From a virus (lineage: Duplodnaviria > Caudoviricetes), in the IMG/VR virus record IMGVR_UViG_3300016484_000424, positions 1 to 58,780 of that record: a DNA stretch of 58,780 nucleotides. One strand, 5' to 3'. The notes below the pieces were generated by a model. It was not told the origin of the DNA. It saw only the letters and a list, made by a program, of their open reading frames with translations, and did not search any database. Position numbers and translations under genes: made by a program. This document shows positions 47,904 through 57,776 of the stretch, in pieces (the stretch's first letter is position 1; the number at the start of each line of letters is the position of its first letter).

Positions 47904-48163
47904 TGGCAGGCCTCCACAAGCTGCTGGTCGAAGGTCTTGCGGGCCTTTACCTCGGCGCTGCGCCGCGCCAAGAACTCGGCGAATGAAATCGGGCGCATGT
48001 CCTCTGTCGCGTCCGACACGCCGAGTTGGTAAAACGGGCTGGTGAACTGCGCAGGCTGGGCAACGTGAAGTTGCTGGGCGCTGTAGCCCGCGTCATACTC
48101 GGCTACCTCGCGGATCGTCAGGAACGTGCGGGTCTTGCGGCCGATCAGTGGGGCGTGATTCAT
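47900..48163 (-). CDS. Hypothetical protein
   Basis: GGAG RBS, overlap-coupled. Confidence 0.5.
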   Translation of the reverse strand: MNHAPLIGRKTRTFLTIREVAEYDAGYSAQQLHVAQPAQFTSPFYQLGVSDATEDMRPISFAEFLARRSAEVKARKTFDQQLVEACQ

Positions 48164-48318
48164 GCTGCACTCCCAAGGTAGTGGCGAACCGCCAGGGCCA
48201 CGAACAGGCCCCACGCAGGCCACCACGGCAGGCGGCGGCAGTTGGTTGCTGGAGCCAGCAGCGCGACAGCCTCTTCGGCTGCGCGGTCACTGGCGCGGCG
48301 GCGGAGGTTGGCGCTCAT
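48160..48318 (-). CDS. Small membrane protein
   Basis: Overlap-coupled, hydrophobic C-terminus. Confidence 0.45.
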   Translation of the reverse strand: MSANLRRRASDRAAEEAVALLAPATNCRRLPWWPAWGLFVALAVRHYLGSAA

Positions 48319-48716
48319 GCGGCCACCCGCTTCGCCGCACGCGACTCGATGCCCGGCTGCATGCGCTCGCGCAGAGCGTGCAGGCACTTGATGGCAACGG
48401 CGTTCTCACTGGAGAACATCGCCACGAACAGCGCCGCGCTCGGGGCTTCGGAGTTGAAGTCGCCTTCCGCGTCGATCACGTCGTCGCGGGTCCACTCCTG
48501 GCCGAACTTGCGTGTTGAGCCGTCCGGCTGGCGCACGATGCGCTGGTTCTTGTCGAGGTACGCGCCGATGTCGTACAGCACGTCGCCGATGACCTCGGCG
48601 TCACCGGCAATGCGGTTGACTTCAAACTCGAAGAGCTCGGCCTCTGCTTCGCGCTCGTCTTCTTGCGCCAGGTAGACAGCCAGGTCGGCGTCAACTGGAT
48701 CGAGAACTTCTGACAC
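48315..48716 (-). CDS. Acidic hypothetical protein, first gene of the PL operon
   Basis: GGGAG RBS, D/E-rich. Confidence 0.65.
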   Translation of the reverse strand: MSEVLDPVDADLAVYLAQEDEREAEAELFEFEVNRIAGDAEVIGDVLYDIGAYLDKNQRIVRQPDGSTRKFGQEWTRDDVIDAEGDFNSEAPSAALFVAMFSSENAVAIKCLHALRERMQPGIESRAAKRVAA

Positions 48717-48760
48717 TGCTTACTCCCGGTTGTGCAGCGCTTGGTGGCTGCGATGGGAGT

Positions 48761-48790
48761 AACTCTAGCGCGACGCTAGGCTAGCGTCAA
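48761..48790 (-). promoter_or_regulatory. PL promoter with operator
   Basis: TTGACG-N17-TAGAGT containing CTAGCGTCGCGCTAGA. Confidence 0.75.
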
Positions 48791-48832
48791 GCTAGTCACA
48801 TGTAAAATTTCGCAACGCTGGTCGGTGACCGG

Positions 48833-48860
48833 CAAAAAGAAAGCCCGCACTGGGCGGGCT
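48833..48860 (-). terminator. Intrinsic terminator of the cI transcript
   Basis: AGCCCGC-ccagt-GCGGGCT-TTCTTTTT. Confidence 0.75.
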
Positions 48861-48972
48861 GATGCTGCGAGGCAAAGGAGAAGTTAAATGAATGACCGCT
48901 GCTACTACACCCAAGAAGGCAAAGTTGTTTGGTCAGCCACGGTTGACGCCGTGCGCGACGAACCAGTTGACG

Positions 48973-49269
48973 CTACTGGCCGAGTGCCCGCTTCAGAAAC
49001 TGGGCCGCAAGATCATCAAACGCCTCCAGCGCCTCCTGGTTCCACATGTCCGACTCCACCGGATTCATGTCCGGGAATTGCAGCGCTGCAAACTCGGCTC
49101 TTATCCGCGATATCTCAGACTCCATCGCCTTCACGGTTTGAGATCGCTGAAGACTTTCGCCGAGAGATGGCAAGAACCGAGACAAAATTCCCGCAGAAAG
49201 AAGCATCAGGGCTTTCGCGGCTGTGGCTTGCGCTGCGGACGAAACTCGACGGTTGGCTTCTGGGGTCAT
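48973..49269 (-). CDS. Hypothetical protein in the immunity region
   Basis: Downstream of cI; competing + ORF 48888..49271, so the strand is uncertain. Confidence 0.4.
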   Translation of the reverse strand: MTPEANRRVSSAAQATAAKALMLLSAGILSRFLPSLGESLQRSQTVKAMESEISRIRAEFAALQFPDMNPVESDMWNQEALEAFDDLAAQFLKRALGQ

Positions 49270-49580
49270 GAGGCATCAACTTAGGAAGTTAGAGGCATGC
49301 GGCAGATCGCCGACAGCAGGGATAGACGCGAAGAGAAACGGTGGTCGACAAGCTCCCTCGCTACCAACGTCAAAGTGTGCGTAAGTTGTTGATCTAAAAA
49401 CACATTACATAGTCGACAACAACGACAAAGCGCCCCAGGTCAGTGCGCCTTGCAACTCGCTGTAAACGGCATGTTTCAGCCGCGTTTCAAGACCACACCC
49501 GTTGCGGGGTGGCCCCTAGATTTCAGGGTTTGCGGGCTGCCTATGGTGCGGGAACGTGTAAACGCGGCACGTCCGAGGGT

Positions 49581-50039
49581 CTAGGCGGACGCTTTCCGAG
49601 ACATTGCGCCAGCAGATGCGCTCAATGCCGCCATGGCGCGAATCTGCGCAGACTCACTGGCAGGCTCGCTGAACAGGTTGCGCATTGCCTCGGCGGCCTC
49701 GCGCCTGCTGGCCTGGTCAAGTCCACCAGCAAGCCCGGCAAGCGCCTGAACGGTCGCCATGATTGAAAGCTGGCCGCCTTGGTCGCCTCCCTTGGGCGGC
49801 TCTTGCTTGTTCGACACAGTGTGATCCTCCGTTTGCCAATTTGGATAGTGGGCGTCGAGTGCCGCCCGCAGCTTTCTCCCAACGCCTCTCGGCTGGCCTG
49901 ACTTGAGCTTGATGCCACGAGCAATCTGGTAGAGGGTTTGCTCGTTGACGCCAATGGTGTCGGCTACTTCTATGCGTCTCTTGGCATCCGGGCCGAGAAA
50001 CCGGATGAGCGCTTCAGTCAAAGGGTCCATGAAAAACAT
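49581..50039 (-). CDS. cI: CI-like repressor (HTH, no S24 peptidase domain)
   Basis: EVADTIGVNEQTLYQI..G HTH; divergent from cro. Confidence 0.7.
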   Translation of the reverse strand: MFFMDPLTEALIRFLGPDAKRRIEVADTIGVNEQTLYQIARGIKLKSGQPRGVGRKLRAALDAHYPNWQTEDHTVSNKQEPPKGGDQGGQLSIMATVQALAGLAGGLDQASRREAAEAMRNLFSEPASESAQIRAMAALSASAGAMSRKASA

Positions 50040-50078
50040 GGTGCCGACCGCGTGATGTAACAGGCAAGTGCACGGCGC

Positions 50079-50106
50079 TTGACTTCGACTAGCGTCGCGC
50101 TAGAAT
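50079..50106 (+). promoter_or_regulatory. PR promoter with operator
   Basis: TTGACT-N16-TAGAAT containing the same 16-mer CTAGCGTCGCGCTAGA (50089-50104). Confidence 0.75.
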
Positions 50107-50114
50107 CATCAAGC

Positions 50115-50465
50115 ATGACGCTAGACGAATACCTCAATGAGCCCGGAACGCGCGGTCGGGCTGAAGAGTTGGCAGCGGCGCTCGGCATTGTGTCGGAGAT
50201 GGTTTCCATCTGGAAACGCGGTGCACGCAGGGTTCCGGCCGAGTGGTGCCCGCACATCGAGAAGCTGACGCAGGGCTCGGTTCGTTGCGAAGACCTTCGG
50301 CCCGACATCCCATGGGGCGTCTTGCGAAACGGAGGCCGCGCGGCACGCCCAATCAAGCCGAGCGCTTCTTCTCTTCGGAAGAAGTCTCCTTCCCCGCCCG
50401 CTCGCGCAACTCGCAAGCCTGCCGCGCCAGTTCCTGCGCGACGCGCAGCACGCAAAGCCGCGTGA
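50115..50465 (+). CDS. cro: Cro/YdaS-like regulator
   Basis: ELA.ALGI....VS.W..G.R.VP...C..IE..T.G.V..EDLRPD..W; basic tail. Confidence 0.85.
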   Translation: MTLDEYLNEPGTRGRAEELAAALGIVSEMVSIWKRGARRVPAEWCPHIEKLTQGSVRCEDLRPDIPWGVLRNGGRAARPIKPSASSLRKKSPSPPARATRKPAAPVPARRAARKAA

Positions 50466-50510
50466 AGGCGCGGACTCTCTTCAACTCGATTTCCTCTACG
50501 GAGACTTGCT

Positions 50511-50786
50511 TTGGCTGACTCTTCATTGACTGGCCCCGATGACATGGTGGAACTGCGCGTCTTGGTCAAGCGCAAGTACATCGACGTGATCGACGCCGTT
50601 GCGATTGCTCAGAAGCCCGGTGAAAAACCCAACCGCGGCCCAGTCACCAATCAAATTCTTGCTGAATGGTCTGCGCGGGTTCGTCATACCGCCATGTTGG
50701 TCACTCGCATGGAAAGGCGCAACGGAACCGAGATGGAAGAGCCGTGGAAGAACTCGGCTTGGCATTCCACTGAGATCGGCGGCTGA
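50511..50786 (+). CDS. CII-position regulator (RHH-like)
   Basis: Position after cro; ELR.......IDAVA. Confidence 0.5.
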   Translation: MADSSLTGPDDMVELRVLVKRKYIDVIDAVAIAQKPGEKPNRGPVTNQILAEWSARVRHTAMLVTRMERRNGTEMEEPWKNSAWHSTEIGG

Positions 50787-51149
50787 TTGATGCGCGTTGT
50801 GATGCAAAGCGATGCCCTGACAGCGAAAGAGATCGGCCGAGTGGTCCTGCGCGCAGCGATGTTCAAGCGCCGTGGCCTGCAAGAGGAAGAGGCCGCCTCC
50901 CTGGCCTACGGCCTGACATTCCGCGACCGCGACCGCGACGACAGGCGGGTTTGCATCGAGTGCGCAGCTTGGCAGAGCCCGCAGCGCGGCAACCCCGCCG
51001 GCTGCTTCGAGTTGCAGAAGCTGCGTCAGGCCGAGCAGGACGCCCGCGAGTTGGGCGAGAAGCCCGCGCCGCGGCATGCGCTGTCCCCCATTCAACCCAT
51101 CCCGACGCTGCTTCAGAGGTGCGCCGGGTTCTCGTTTGCCAAGCCATGA
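50787..51149 (+). CDS. Hypothetical Cys-containing protein
   Basis: RDR..DDRR.C.EC...LQRC.GF. Confidence 0.65.
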   Translation: MMRVVMQSDALTAKEIGRVVLRAAMFKRRGLQEEEAASLAYGLTFRDRDRDDRRVCIECAAWQSPQRGNPAGCFELQKLRQAEQDARELGEKPAPRHALSPIQPIPTLLQRCAGFSFAKP

Positions 51150-52102
51150 CCTACGAATTACATCCACTGTGCACCCTGTTCCCGCGGCTTGCTGATGGCG
51201 AGTTTTCGGCACTTGTTGCCGACATCAAGGCCAACGGTCTACGTGAGCCGATCACAACACATGACGGGATGATCCTCGATGGTGGAAACCGCTATCGCGC
51301 ATGCGTTGAGGCAGGCGTCGAACCGGCGTTCCGCGAGTTCGACGGAGACAATATCGTCTCCTACGTGCTGTCGGCCAATCTGCATCGGCGCCACCTGTCT
51401 GCTGGTCAGCAAGCCGCAATAGTTGCAAGCGCGCAAGACTGGTCAAAGGCGCACACGCAAGGCAGGCCTGATAAAGGTGCAACGTTGCACCTTTCTTCAG
51501 TCGGCGGACGCGCGGCCGAATCTGGCGCCAGTCTTCGCACACAGAAGATGGCCGACAAGGTTGCCAAAGTTGACCCAGAACTTGCAAAGAAAGTCGCTCA
51601 CGGAGAAGTAAGCCTTCCGAAGGCCGTCGAGCGAATCACTGGCAAGGCGCGCACCAAGCCCGAGCCCACCCTCAAGCAGGAACTGGAGAGCAAGACCCGC
51701 TCAAGCCTGCCCGCCGCCGAGCCGCCGAGCATCGTTGCCCAGCGTGAGCCTGGGCCGGTCACAACCCCTGAAGGCGCAGAGCCGACAGAGGACGACCTCA
51801 TGCTCAGCACTGATGAGCTTATTGAAGACATCGAGCAGCAACTTCGCGCGGCCCAGGCCCAAGTCAAGGCACTGTCGGCCGAAGACGGCAAGGCCCAGCT
51901 TCACACGGCACTGCTGCGCGCAGAGCACGCCGAACGCAGGCGCGACGAGGCCATGGCGGACTCTGCCCGCGCCAAGGGGCGCGCTGACCGCTACGAGAAG
52001 CTGCTGGCGCGCATCGGCCGCGCTGTCGGTGAGCGCGATCTCGACAAGGTGGCTCCGGTTGTCGAGGCCATGGCGCGCAAGGCGAAGGCGGTGACGCAAT
52101 GA
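51146..52102 (+). CDS. ParB/Srx-like N-terminal domain protein
   Basis: HP...FP......L..DI..NGLREPI....G.ILDG.NRYRAC, SANL.RRHL...Q. Confidence 0.8.
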   Translation: MTYELHPLCTLFPRLADGEFSALVADIKANGLREPITTHDGMILDGGNRYRACVEAGVEPAFREFDGDNIVSYVLSANLHRRHLSAGQQAAIVASAQDWSKAHTQGRPDKGATLHLSSVGGRAAESGASLRTQKMADKVAKVDPELAKKVAHGEVSLPKAVERITGKARTKPEPTLKQELESKTRSSLPAAEPPSIVAQREPGPVTTPEGAEPTEDDLMLSTDELIEDIEQQLRAAQAQVKALSAEDGKAQLHTALLRAEHAERRRDEAMADSARAKGRADRYEKLLARIGRAVGERDLDKVAPVVEAMARKAKAVTQ

Positions 52103-52650
52103 TCCGGGTTGGTCTTTTCTATGGCGAAGAGATCCGCCCGATACCTTCTCTTGAAGGGCGCTATTCAGTCACCTCGTTCGGGCGCGTTTTTTCGCACGTC
52201 TACCGTCATCGTCAATTCACGCAAGAGCTTGCTCAATCCATTCACCCTGAAGGTTATCGCAAAGTCAAGCTGTCGGCCATTGATCCAAATAGCCCGATCT
52301 CGGTTCACAGACTCGTTGCGCGTGCATTCCATCCAAACCCGCTGAACTTGCCACAGGTCAACCACATTGATGGCCACAAGGGAAACAACCAAGCAAGCAA
52401 CCTTGAATGGGTAGACAACTCTGGTAATCAGCGCCATGCCTTCGCGCACGGGCTTCAACCAAGGCGGGCAGGAGAGAAGCATCCCGGTGCAATCTTGACT
52501 GAGGATCAGGTCCGTCAGATCAAGGTCGAGCTTCAGCGCATCCCGCCGTTTAAGGGCCAGCAGACTGACTTGGCTGCGCGGTATGGCGTGACGAACTATT
52601 GCATCCACGATATTGCGCGTGGCCGCTCTTGGGGGCACGTCAATGTCTGA
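52099..52650 (+). CDS. NUMOD4-HNH homing endonuclease
   Basis: EG.Y.V.S.GRV.S, VHRLVA.AF.PNP..LPQVNHIDG.K.NN..SNLEW. Confidence 0.9.
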   Translation: MIRVGLFYGEEIRPIPSLEGRYSVTSFGRVFSHVYRHRQFTQELAQSIHPEGYRKVKLSAIDPNSPISVHRLVARAFHPNPLNLPQVNHIDGHKGNNQASNLEWVDNSGNQRHAFAHGLQPRRAGEKHPGAILTEDQVRQIKVELQRIPPFKGQQTDLAARYGVTNYCIHDIARGRSWGHVNV

Positions 52651-54154
52651 TCTTGTTCTGCGCGCAGCGCAGCAGCAGGTAATTGATGACGTGGCTGCGG
52701 CTTTCCGTGTCGGTCACAAGCGAGTGCTCGTGTCTGCTTTCTGCGGATTTGGGAAGACGGAGCTTGCAACAGCAATGCTCTTGGCCACGCACAAAAACGG
52801 GAAGCGCGGCGCGTTTGTGGCAGACCGCCGAGCGCTGGTTGAGCAGACGAGCGAGCGATTTGATAGGTACGGTCTCGCGCACGGAATCATGATGGCCGAC
52901 CATCCGCGCTTCCAACCGAGCCAACTGATTCAGGTTGTCTCTGCCCAGACAGTTCAGCGGCGCAAATGGCCTGCTGCGAACTTGATCATGGTGGATGAAT
53001 GCCATGTCTTGCTTGAGACGGTCAAGGCGAAGTTGTTGGCTCGTGACTGCTACGCAGTCGGGCTCTCGGCGACGGCGATAACCAAGGGTCTTGCCAACTA
53101 TTTTGACGTGGTGGTGAATGCGCCGCCAGCCAATCGAATGATTGAGCAGGGCTTGCTTGTCCCGCTTGAGATATACGAGTGCCAAGCGCCGGACATGGAG
53201 GGTGCGCCTGTCAAAGCTGGCGAGTGGGATTCGGGCGAGACTGAGAAGCGCGCCCTGCAAGTTGTTGGTGATGTCGTCAGCGACTACTTGGAGAGCGGCG
53301 GCGGAGAGCAGTTCATTTGCTTTGCGACATCCATTGCGCACGCCGAGGAACTTGCTAGGCAGTTTCTCGCGGCTGGTGTCAATGTCGCCACATACACGGC
53401 AAATGACCAGCCAGAGGACCGCTCTGACATTGTTCAAGAGTTCAAGAAGGCTGACAGTTCGTTGCGCGGGCTCATCAGTGTCTCTGCGTTAACCAGGGGG
53501 TTTGACGCACCGCAAGTCTCACTTCTCATCATGGCCCGCCCATTGCGGAAAGCCTGCCATGAGTTCATCCAGATGCTGGGCCGCGTGATGCGTACATCCC
53601 AGGCAACCGGCAAGGTGCGGGCTCGTGTGCATGACCACTCGGGGAACGTCCGCCGTTTCTGGAAACAGATGCAGGATCTGTTCGAGAACGGCGTCACCGA
53701 GCTTGACGACGGCAAACCAAAGCCCAAGGACGAGTCTTCCGAGAAAGCGGAAGCCGAACCTGTGAAGTGCCCGAGTTGCAAGGCAATCCACAAACCTGCG
53801 CAGTTCTGCCCGAATTGCGGCCACGAGTACCCGAAGCGCCTCTCGGTTCAGCATGTGCCCGGAACCCTGAAGGAGTTGATCGCCGGCGGATTCACGAAGC
53901 AGCTTGACCGCGACATCTTCCCGCAGGTTGCTGCCTATGCGCTTTCCAGGCGCGAGGGCGATGCCGCAAGACGCATGGCCCAGGGGATCTACAAGGACAT
54001 GACGGGTGACTGGGCCAAGGTCAAGTGGGAGAACGTGACGCCGGTACAGCCGACACCCGAGGTCATTCAGAAGATCCGCGCCATGCAGTTGCGCTTTGCG
54101 AAGCGCCGCGAGGCGGCAGCACGTCACGAGGCAGCAAGGGCGGTGGCCGCATGA
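52643..54154 (+). CDS. SF2 (DExH) helicase
   Basis: GFGKT, DECH, LSAT, GFD.P, QMLGRVMR, C-terminal Zn ribbon. Confidence 0.9.
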   Translation: MSDLVLRAAQQQVIDDVAAAFRVGHKRVLVSAFCGFGKTELATAMLLATHKNGKRGAFVADRRALVEQTSERFDRYGLAHGIMMADHPRFQPSQLIQVVSAQTVQRRKWPAANLIMVDECHVLLETVKAKLLARDCYAVGLSATAITKGLANYFDVVVNAPPANRMIEQGLLVPLEIYECQAPDMEGAPVKAGEWDSGETEKRALQVVGDVVSDYLESGGGEQFICFATSIAHAEELARQFLAAGVNVATYTANDQPEDRSDIVQEFKKADSSLRGLISVSALTRGFDAPQVSLLIMARPLRKACHEFIQMLGRVMRTSQATGKVRARVHDHSGNVRRFWKQMQDLFENGVTELDDGKPKPKDESSEKAEAEPVKCPSCKAIHKPAQFCPNCGHEYPKRLSVQHVPGTLKELIAGGFTKQLDRDIFPQVAAYALSRREGDAARRMAQGIYKDMTGDWAKVKWENVTPVQPTPEVIQKIRAMQLRFAKRREAAARHEAARAVAA

Positions 54155-55119
54155 ACTTTGAGACCGCACTGCGCCTTGCCGGCCTGCAGCCGCCCGCTCA
54201 GATCATTGACGACGGGAAGTGGCGTCGCTGCAAGACTGAGGGACACAAGAGCAAGAAAAACGGGGCCTACAAACTCGACATCGGTGGCCAGCGCGGCTGG
54301 TATCGGGATTGGTCCGATGGTCTTGGCGTTCGTTTCTGGTCGAGTGACGAAGCGCCGCGCGCACCAACAGCAGCCGATCTGGAGCGCCAGCGCAAACAGC
54401 GCGACGAAGCACGAGCACGGCGCGTTGAAGGTGTGCGCCGGGCTCGCCAACTGTGGGCCGATGGTGCCAGCTATCGACCGCACCCCTACCTGATCGACAA
54501 AGGCCTGTCGGCGCTTGGCTGCCAAGTCCTGCGCCTTTGGATTGGTTCGGTGTGGCAAGACATCGACGACACGTTACCCAAGCAGGTCAAGGACACATGG
54601 CTGCTTGTCCCGCTGTACTGGCGCGACAAGTTGGTCAACGTGCAGCGGATCAGCAGCAAGGGGCTGAAGGTGCAGATGCCTGGTGCGCCGCAGAAAGCGT
54701 GCAGCCTGATCCTTGGCCAGTCGTCGGCCGCAGTCACGGTGATCTGCGAAGGATTGGCCACTGGCCTTGCTGTGTATCAGTCCATGCGGAACGTGCGCGT
54801 GGTGATCGCTTTCAACGCTGAGAACCTGCAGCCCGTGGCGCAAGAGTTGAAGCCAACCGGAAGCGTGGTGTTCGCAGCCGACAACGACTGGAAGACGGCA
54901 CTGAAGCCGCACATGCACGGCGTCAATCCGGGGATCTCGAAGGCTCAGAACGCAGCCGAGTTGATCGGCGCTGGCGTGGCGTGGCCAGAGGGCATTGAAG
55001 GCACCGACTACGCCGATCTCCTGAAGGAAGTCGGCCCAGGTGCCGCCAAGCAACTGGAACGCCAGATTCTTGCCAAGGCCAGATACATCCATCGCACACC
55101 CGAGGTGAGCACCACATGA
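54151..55119 (+). CDS. Toprim primase
   Basis: HPYL..KG, ICEGLATG, AFNA.NL, AADND, TDY.D. Confidence 0.85.
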   Translation: MNFETALRLAGLQPPAQIIDDGKWRRCKTEGHKSKKNGAYKLDIGGQRGWYRDWSDGLGVRFWSSDEAPRAPTAADLERQRKQRDEARARRVEGVRRARQLWADGASYRPHPYLIDKGLSALGCQVLRLWIGSVWQDIDDTLPKQVKDTWLLVPLYWRDKLVNVQRISSKGLKVQMPGAPQKACSLILGQSSAAVTVICEGLATGLAVYQSMRNVRVVIAFNAENLQPVAQELKPTGSVVFAADNDWKTALKPHMHGVNPGISKAQNAAELIGAGVAWPEGIEGTDYADLLKEVGPGAAKQLERQILAKARYIHRTPEVSTT

Positions 55120-55499
55120 CCAAGAGCGAAGCACTGAAGGCCAAGCGCCAAGCCATCCACGCAAAGCGGTGGGCCGCCATGCTGGCCATGGTGCGCGAAC
55201 GAGAGGACGGCGCAACGCGCGAGCAGGCTGCGCAGGCGATGCGCTGCACGACGAAGCAGACCGTCTACGAGTTGGCCTTGATGGTCAAGGCTGGGCTCTT
55301 GGTGATGGTTGGCAAGAACGTCCGCACGCGGTACTGCGAACCAGAGCGCAAGGACGCTGTTGCCGATGCCGTTGATGACCTGTTGACAGGATCGGTGGTC
55401 GAGGTGAGGCAATCGATCGTGCCCGCGGCGGATGTGAAGTCCGGGAAGCCAGCGCGTGCGGTGCGCAGCGTGTTTGAACTGGCTGGGGTGCTGGGATGA
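55116..55499 (+). CDS. HTH-like hypothetical protein
   Basis: Overlap-coupled; C-terminal RSVFEL. Confidence 0.6.
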   Translation: MTKSEALKAKRQAIHAKRWAAMLAMVREREDGATREQAAQAMRCTTKQTVYELALMVKAGLLVMVGKNVRTRYCEPERKDAVADAVDDLLTGSVVEVRQSIVPAADVKSGKPARAVRSVFELAGVLG

Positions 55500-55981
55500 A
55501 GAAGACCTTCGGCGTCGAGTGCCAGTTGCTGCGCTGGACGGAATCGTCCAATGGTGGATGTACGGTTGTTCTGCAACTTGCTGGGCCTGATGACCTGGCT
55601 CACTTCAAGGCGTTGCAGCGCAAGGACGGGAAAACAGCCGGGACGATCTTGATGGCGGCTTTCTCTGCCGTTGAGGAATCCGAGACGCAGGAACAAGAGC
55701 GACCTGCCGCCAAGAACGTTGGCTTCAACTGCGGTCCGTTGTGCAAGTTGGCGATCCAACTTTGTGAATCCGATGAGTTCCACGCATGGCTGGCTCACAG
55801 GTTCCCTGATGCATGGGAGCGGTCCAAGAGCGATGTGCCGAGTGAGCGAGCAAAGCAACTCATCCTAAACGAGTGCGGTATTGACTCACGGAAAAAACTG
55901 GACACCGACAAGTCCGCGGCCGACTGGTTTCACAGGTACATCCGACTCCCGTTTATCAATGCAGTGGAGCCAGCGGTATGA
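55496..55981 (+). CDS. Hypothetical protein
   Basis: CGI.SRK.LD motif; overlap-coupled. Confidence 0.65.
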   Translation: MKKTFGVECQLLRWTESSNGGCTVVLQLAGPDDLAHFKALQRKDGKTAGTILMAAFSAVEESETQEQERPAAKNVGFNCGPLCKLAIQLCESDEFHAWLAHRFPDAWERSKSDVPSERAKQLILNECGIDSRKKLDTDKSAADWFHRYIRLPFINAVEPAV

Positions 55982-56391
55982 GGCTGATCGCAGGCATCGA
56001 CCCCGGTGTGAACACCGGCCTTGCCTTGTGGGACACACAGACTCGCAAGCTGGTCGATGTCGAAACGACCAACATCATCGAAGCGATGGAGCGGCTTCGC
56101 AACTGCAAGGCGGCCGGGTCGCTGCAGCGCATCGTGATCGAGGACGCGCGCCTGCGCACTGGCTGGTTTGGCCCGCGCGCCAAGTTCAGCCAGCAAGGCG
56201 CCGGTAGCGTCAAGCGTGATGCATCAATCTGGACTGAGTTTGCCGAGTTCTTGGGCGTGCCGCTGAAGTCAGTGAGCCCGAAGGACAAGGGCGCCAAGGT
56301 CAACGCCGAGCAGTTCGCAAAGCTGACCGGCTGGGCTGGGCGGACCAGCGAGCACGGGCGTGATGCAGCGATGTTGATAGTGGGGATGTGA
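55978..56391 (+). CDS. RuvC-like Holliday junction resolvase
   Basis: GIDPG.NTG, IED, H.RDA. Confidence 0.8.
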   Translation: MRLIAGIDPGVNTGLALWDTQTRKLVDVETTNIIEAMERLRNCKAAGSLQRIVIEDARLRTGWFGPRAKFSQQGAGSVKRDASIWTEFAEFLGVPLKSVSPKDKGAKVNAEQFAKLTGWAGRTSEHGRDAAMLIVGM

Positions 56392-56443
56392 TGCAAATCA
56401 TCGAGCCGGCCCAGCAGGCCAAGCAATTCACGCAACTGTCGTT

Positions 56444-56734
56444 TTGGGTGAGGCTGCGATTGATGCCGACGCGCAAGAGCTAACCAAAGCCGAGCCCAAA
56501 AGGAGAAAGTCAGTGCAAGACGAAAAAGATCGACTCATCGCAGAAATCAAGTTGTTGGCAGAAAGACCTCCGGCTTGGATCGGGTCGGCCGGCATCCGGG
56601 CCACAAGAACGTGGGTGGAGGCAAGCAGGGCGGCTCTGAAGGTTGTTGCAAATTCAAGAGCCAGTGTTCCGGCGCTTAAAGAGGCGAGAAACGTCATTCG
56701 GTCGGCAATTTTCCGCGTCGTTGTTGAGCAGTAG
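56444..56734 (+). CDS. Hypothetical protein (start uncertain)
   Basis: ORF fills the gap in the operon. Confidence 0.4.
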   Translation: MGEAAIDADAQELTKAEPKRRKSVQDEKDRLIAEIKLLAERPPAWIGSAGIRATRTWVEASRAALKVVANSRASVPALKEARNVIRSAIFRVVVEQ

Positions 56735-56745
56735 CCGGTCGCCAG

Positions 56746-57243
56746 ATGCTTCGTCGAACCCCCTTCAAACGCAAGGCCCCGACATGGCCTGCCAAGCCCG
56801 ATCGGTCAGCCGAGTTCGCAAGTTGGACGCCTCGGCCGCGCCCTGTGGCCGCACTGCTGAAGCCCAGCGACGCGCCGGTCAAGGCTGCGCCGAAGGAGCG
56901 CGAACCGGTGCGCGACGAGGGGTATCGGCGGCTGGTGGCTGCCATGCCATGCGCCCACTGCCGCATCGGCGGTGCGAGCCAGTGTGCTCACCCGAATGCG
57001 GGCAAGGCCAAAAGCAAGAAGGCTTGCGATCTGTTGACGTTCCCACTTTGCCACGAGGGCGCGAACGGCTGCCACCGCGCCTGGGACGAATACCGACTCG
57101 GCGGCCGTGACGCCCAAGCCGAATTGGAGCCCATCTACGCAGCCAGGACGCGCCTGCGCCTGATCGTGGACGCCCAAGACGACCCCAAGACCCGCCGCGT
57201 GCTGGAGCGCGTTGGCATTCTCAAGGAGCCACAGCCAGCATGA
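56746..57243 (+). CDS. DUF968/Ref-like Zn-HNH-type protein
   Basis: R...Y...VA..PC..C......AH....D....PLC....GCH..D. Confidence 0.75.
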   Translation: MLRRTPFKRKAPTWPAKPDRSAEFASWTPRPRPVAALLKPSDAPVKAAPKEREPVRDEGYRRLVAAMPCAHCRIGGASQCAHPNAGKAKSKKACDLLTFPLCHEGANGCHRAWDEYRLGGRDAQAELEPIYAARTRLRLIVDAQDDPKTRRVLERVGILKEPQPA

Positions 57244-57776
57244 CCGAAGCCGCAGAACGCTACGCCAGAGCCACGCATTCCAGCAACCTCGCGCCGAATC
57301 CGTTGCGGCTGACCGATGCGGACACCCTGACCGCGGCAGGCATAGCCGCTAGCAAAGACCCCCGCAAGGCCCTGGCCCTGACGGTCTACCGCTGCGGAGT
57401 GACTGGCGATCGCGCTGGTGTGGCCGCGATCTCCGAGTCCCTGGCCGGCTGGCTCAACGCCCACCTGTCCCGAGGCGGCCGGAAGCCAATGCAGCGCATC
57501 CAGCGCGTTGATCTGGCGCGTCAGGTGCTGACCTTCTGGTTCGACCAAGGCTGTAAGGTGTGCGACGGCCTGTGCTACAAGAAAGTGCCCGGCACGCCCG
57601 CCCTGTCGGCGAATGAATGCCCGCAGTGCCACGGCACCGGCAAGCGCCCGATTGCATCTGTCATTCACCCCGCCGAGCTGGAGGCTGGCCGCTGGCTGGC
57701 CGCCGAGCTCGACTCACTCGTAGCCAGCATTCACGCCGACATGGCGCGGCTGCTGTCGGAAAGGATTGCACTGTGA
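57240..57776 (+). CDS. Q-like late antiterminator
   Basis: C..C.G...C..C.GTG Zn ribbon; end of the early right operon. Confidence 0.6.
   Translation: MTEAAERYARATHSSNLAPNPLRLTDADTLTAAGIAASKDPRKALALTVYRCGVTGDRAGVAAISESLAGWLNAHLSRGGRKPMQRIQRVDLARQVLTFWFDQGCKVCDGLCYKKVPGTPALSANECPQCHGTGKRPIASVIHPAELEAGRWLAAELDSLVASIHADMARLLSERIAL

Noticed and set aside
51146-52102. ParABS plasmid-prophage partition system
   Set aside because: ParB/Srx-like domains only; no ParA ATPase or parS repeats recognised
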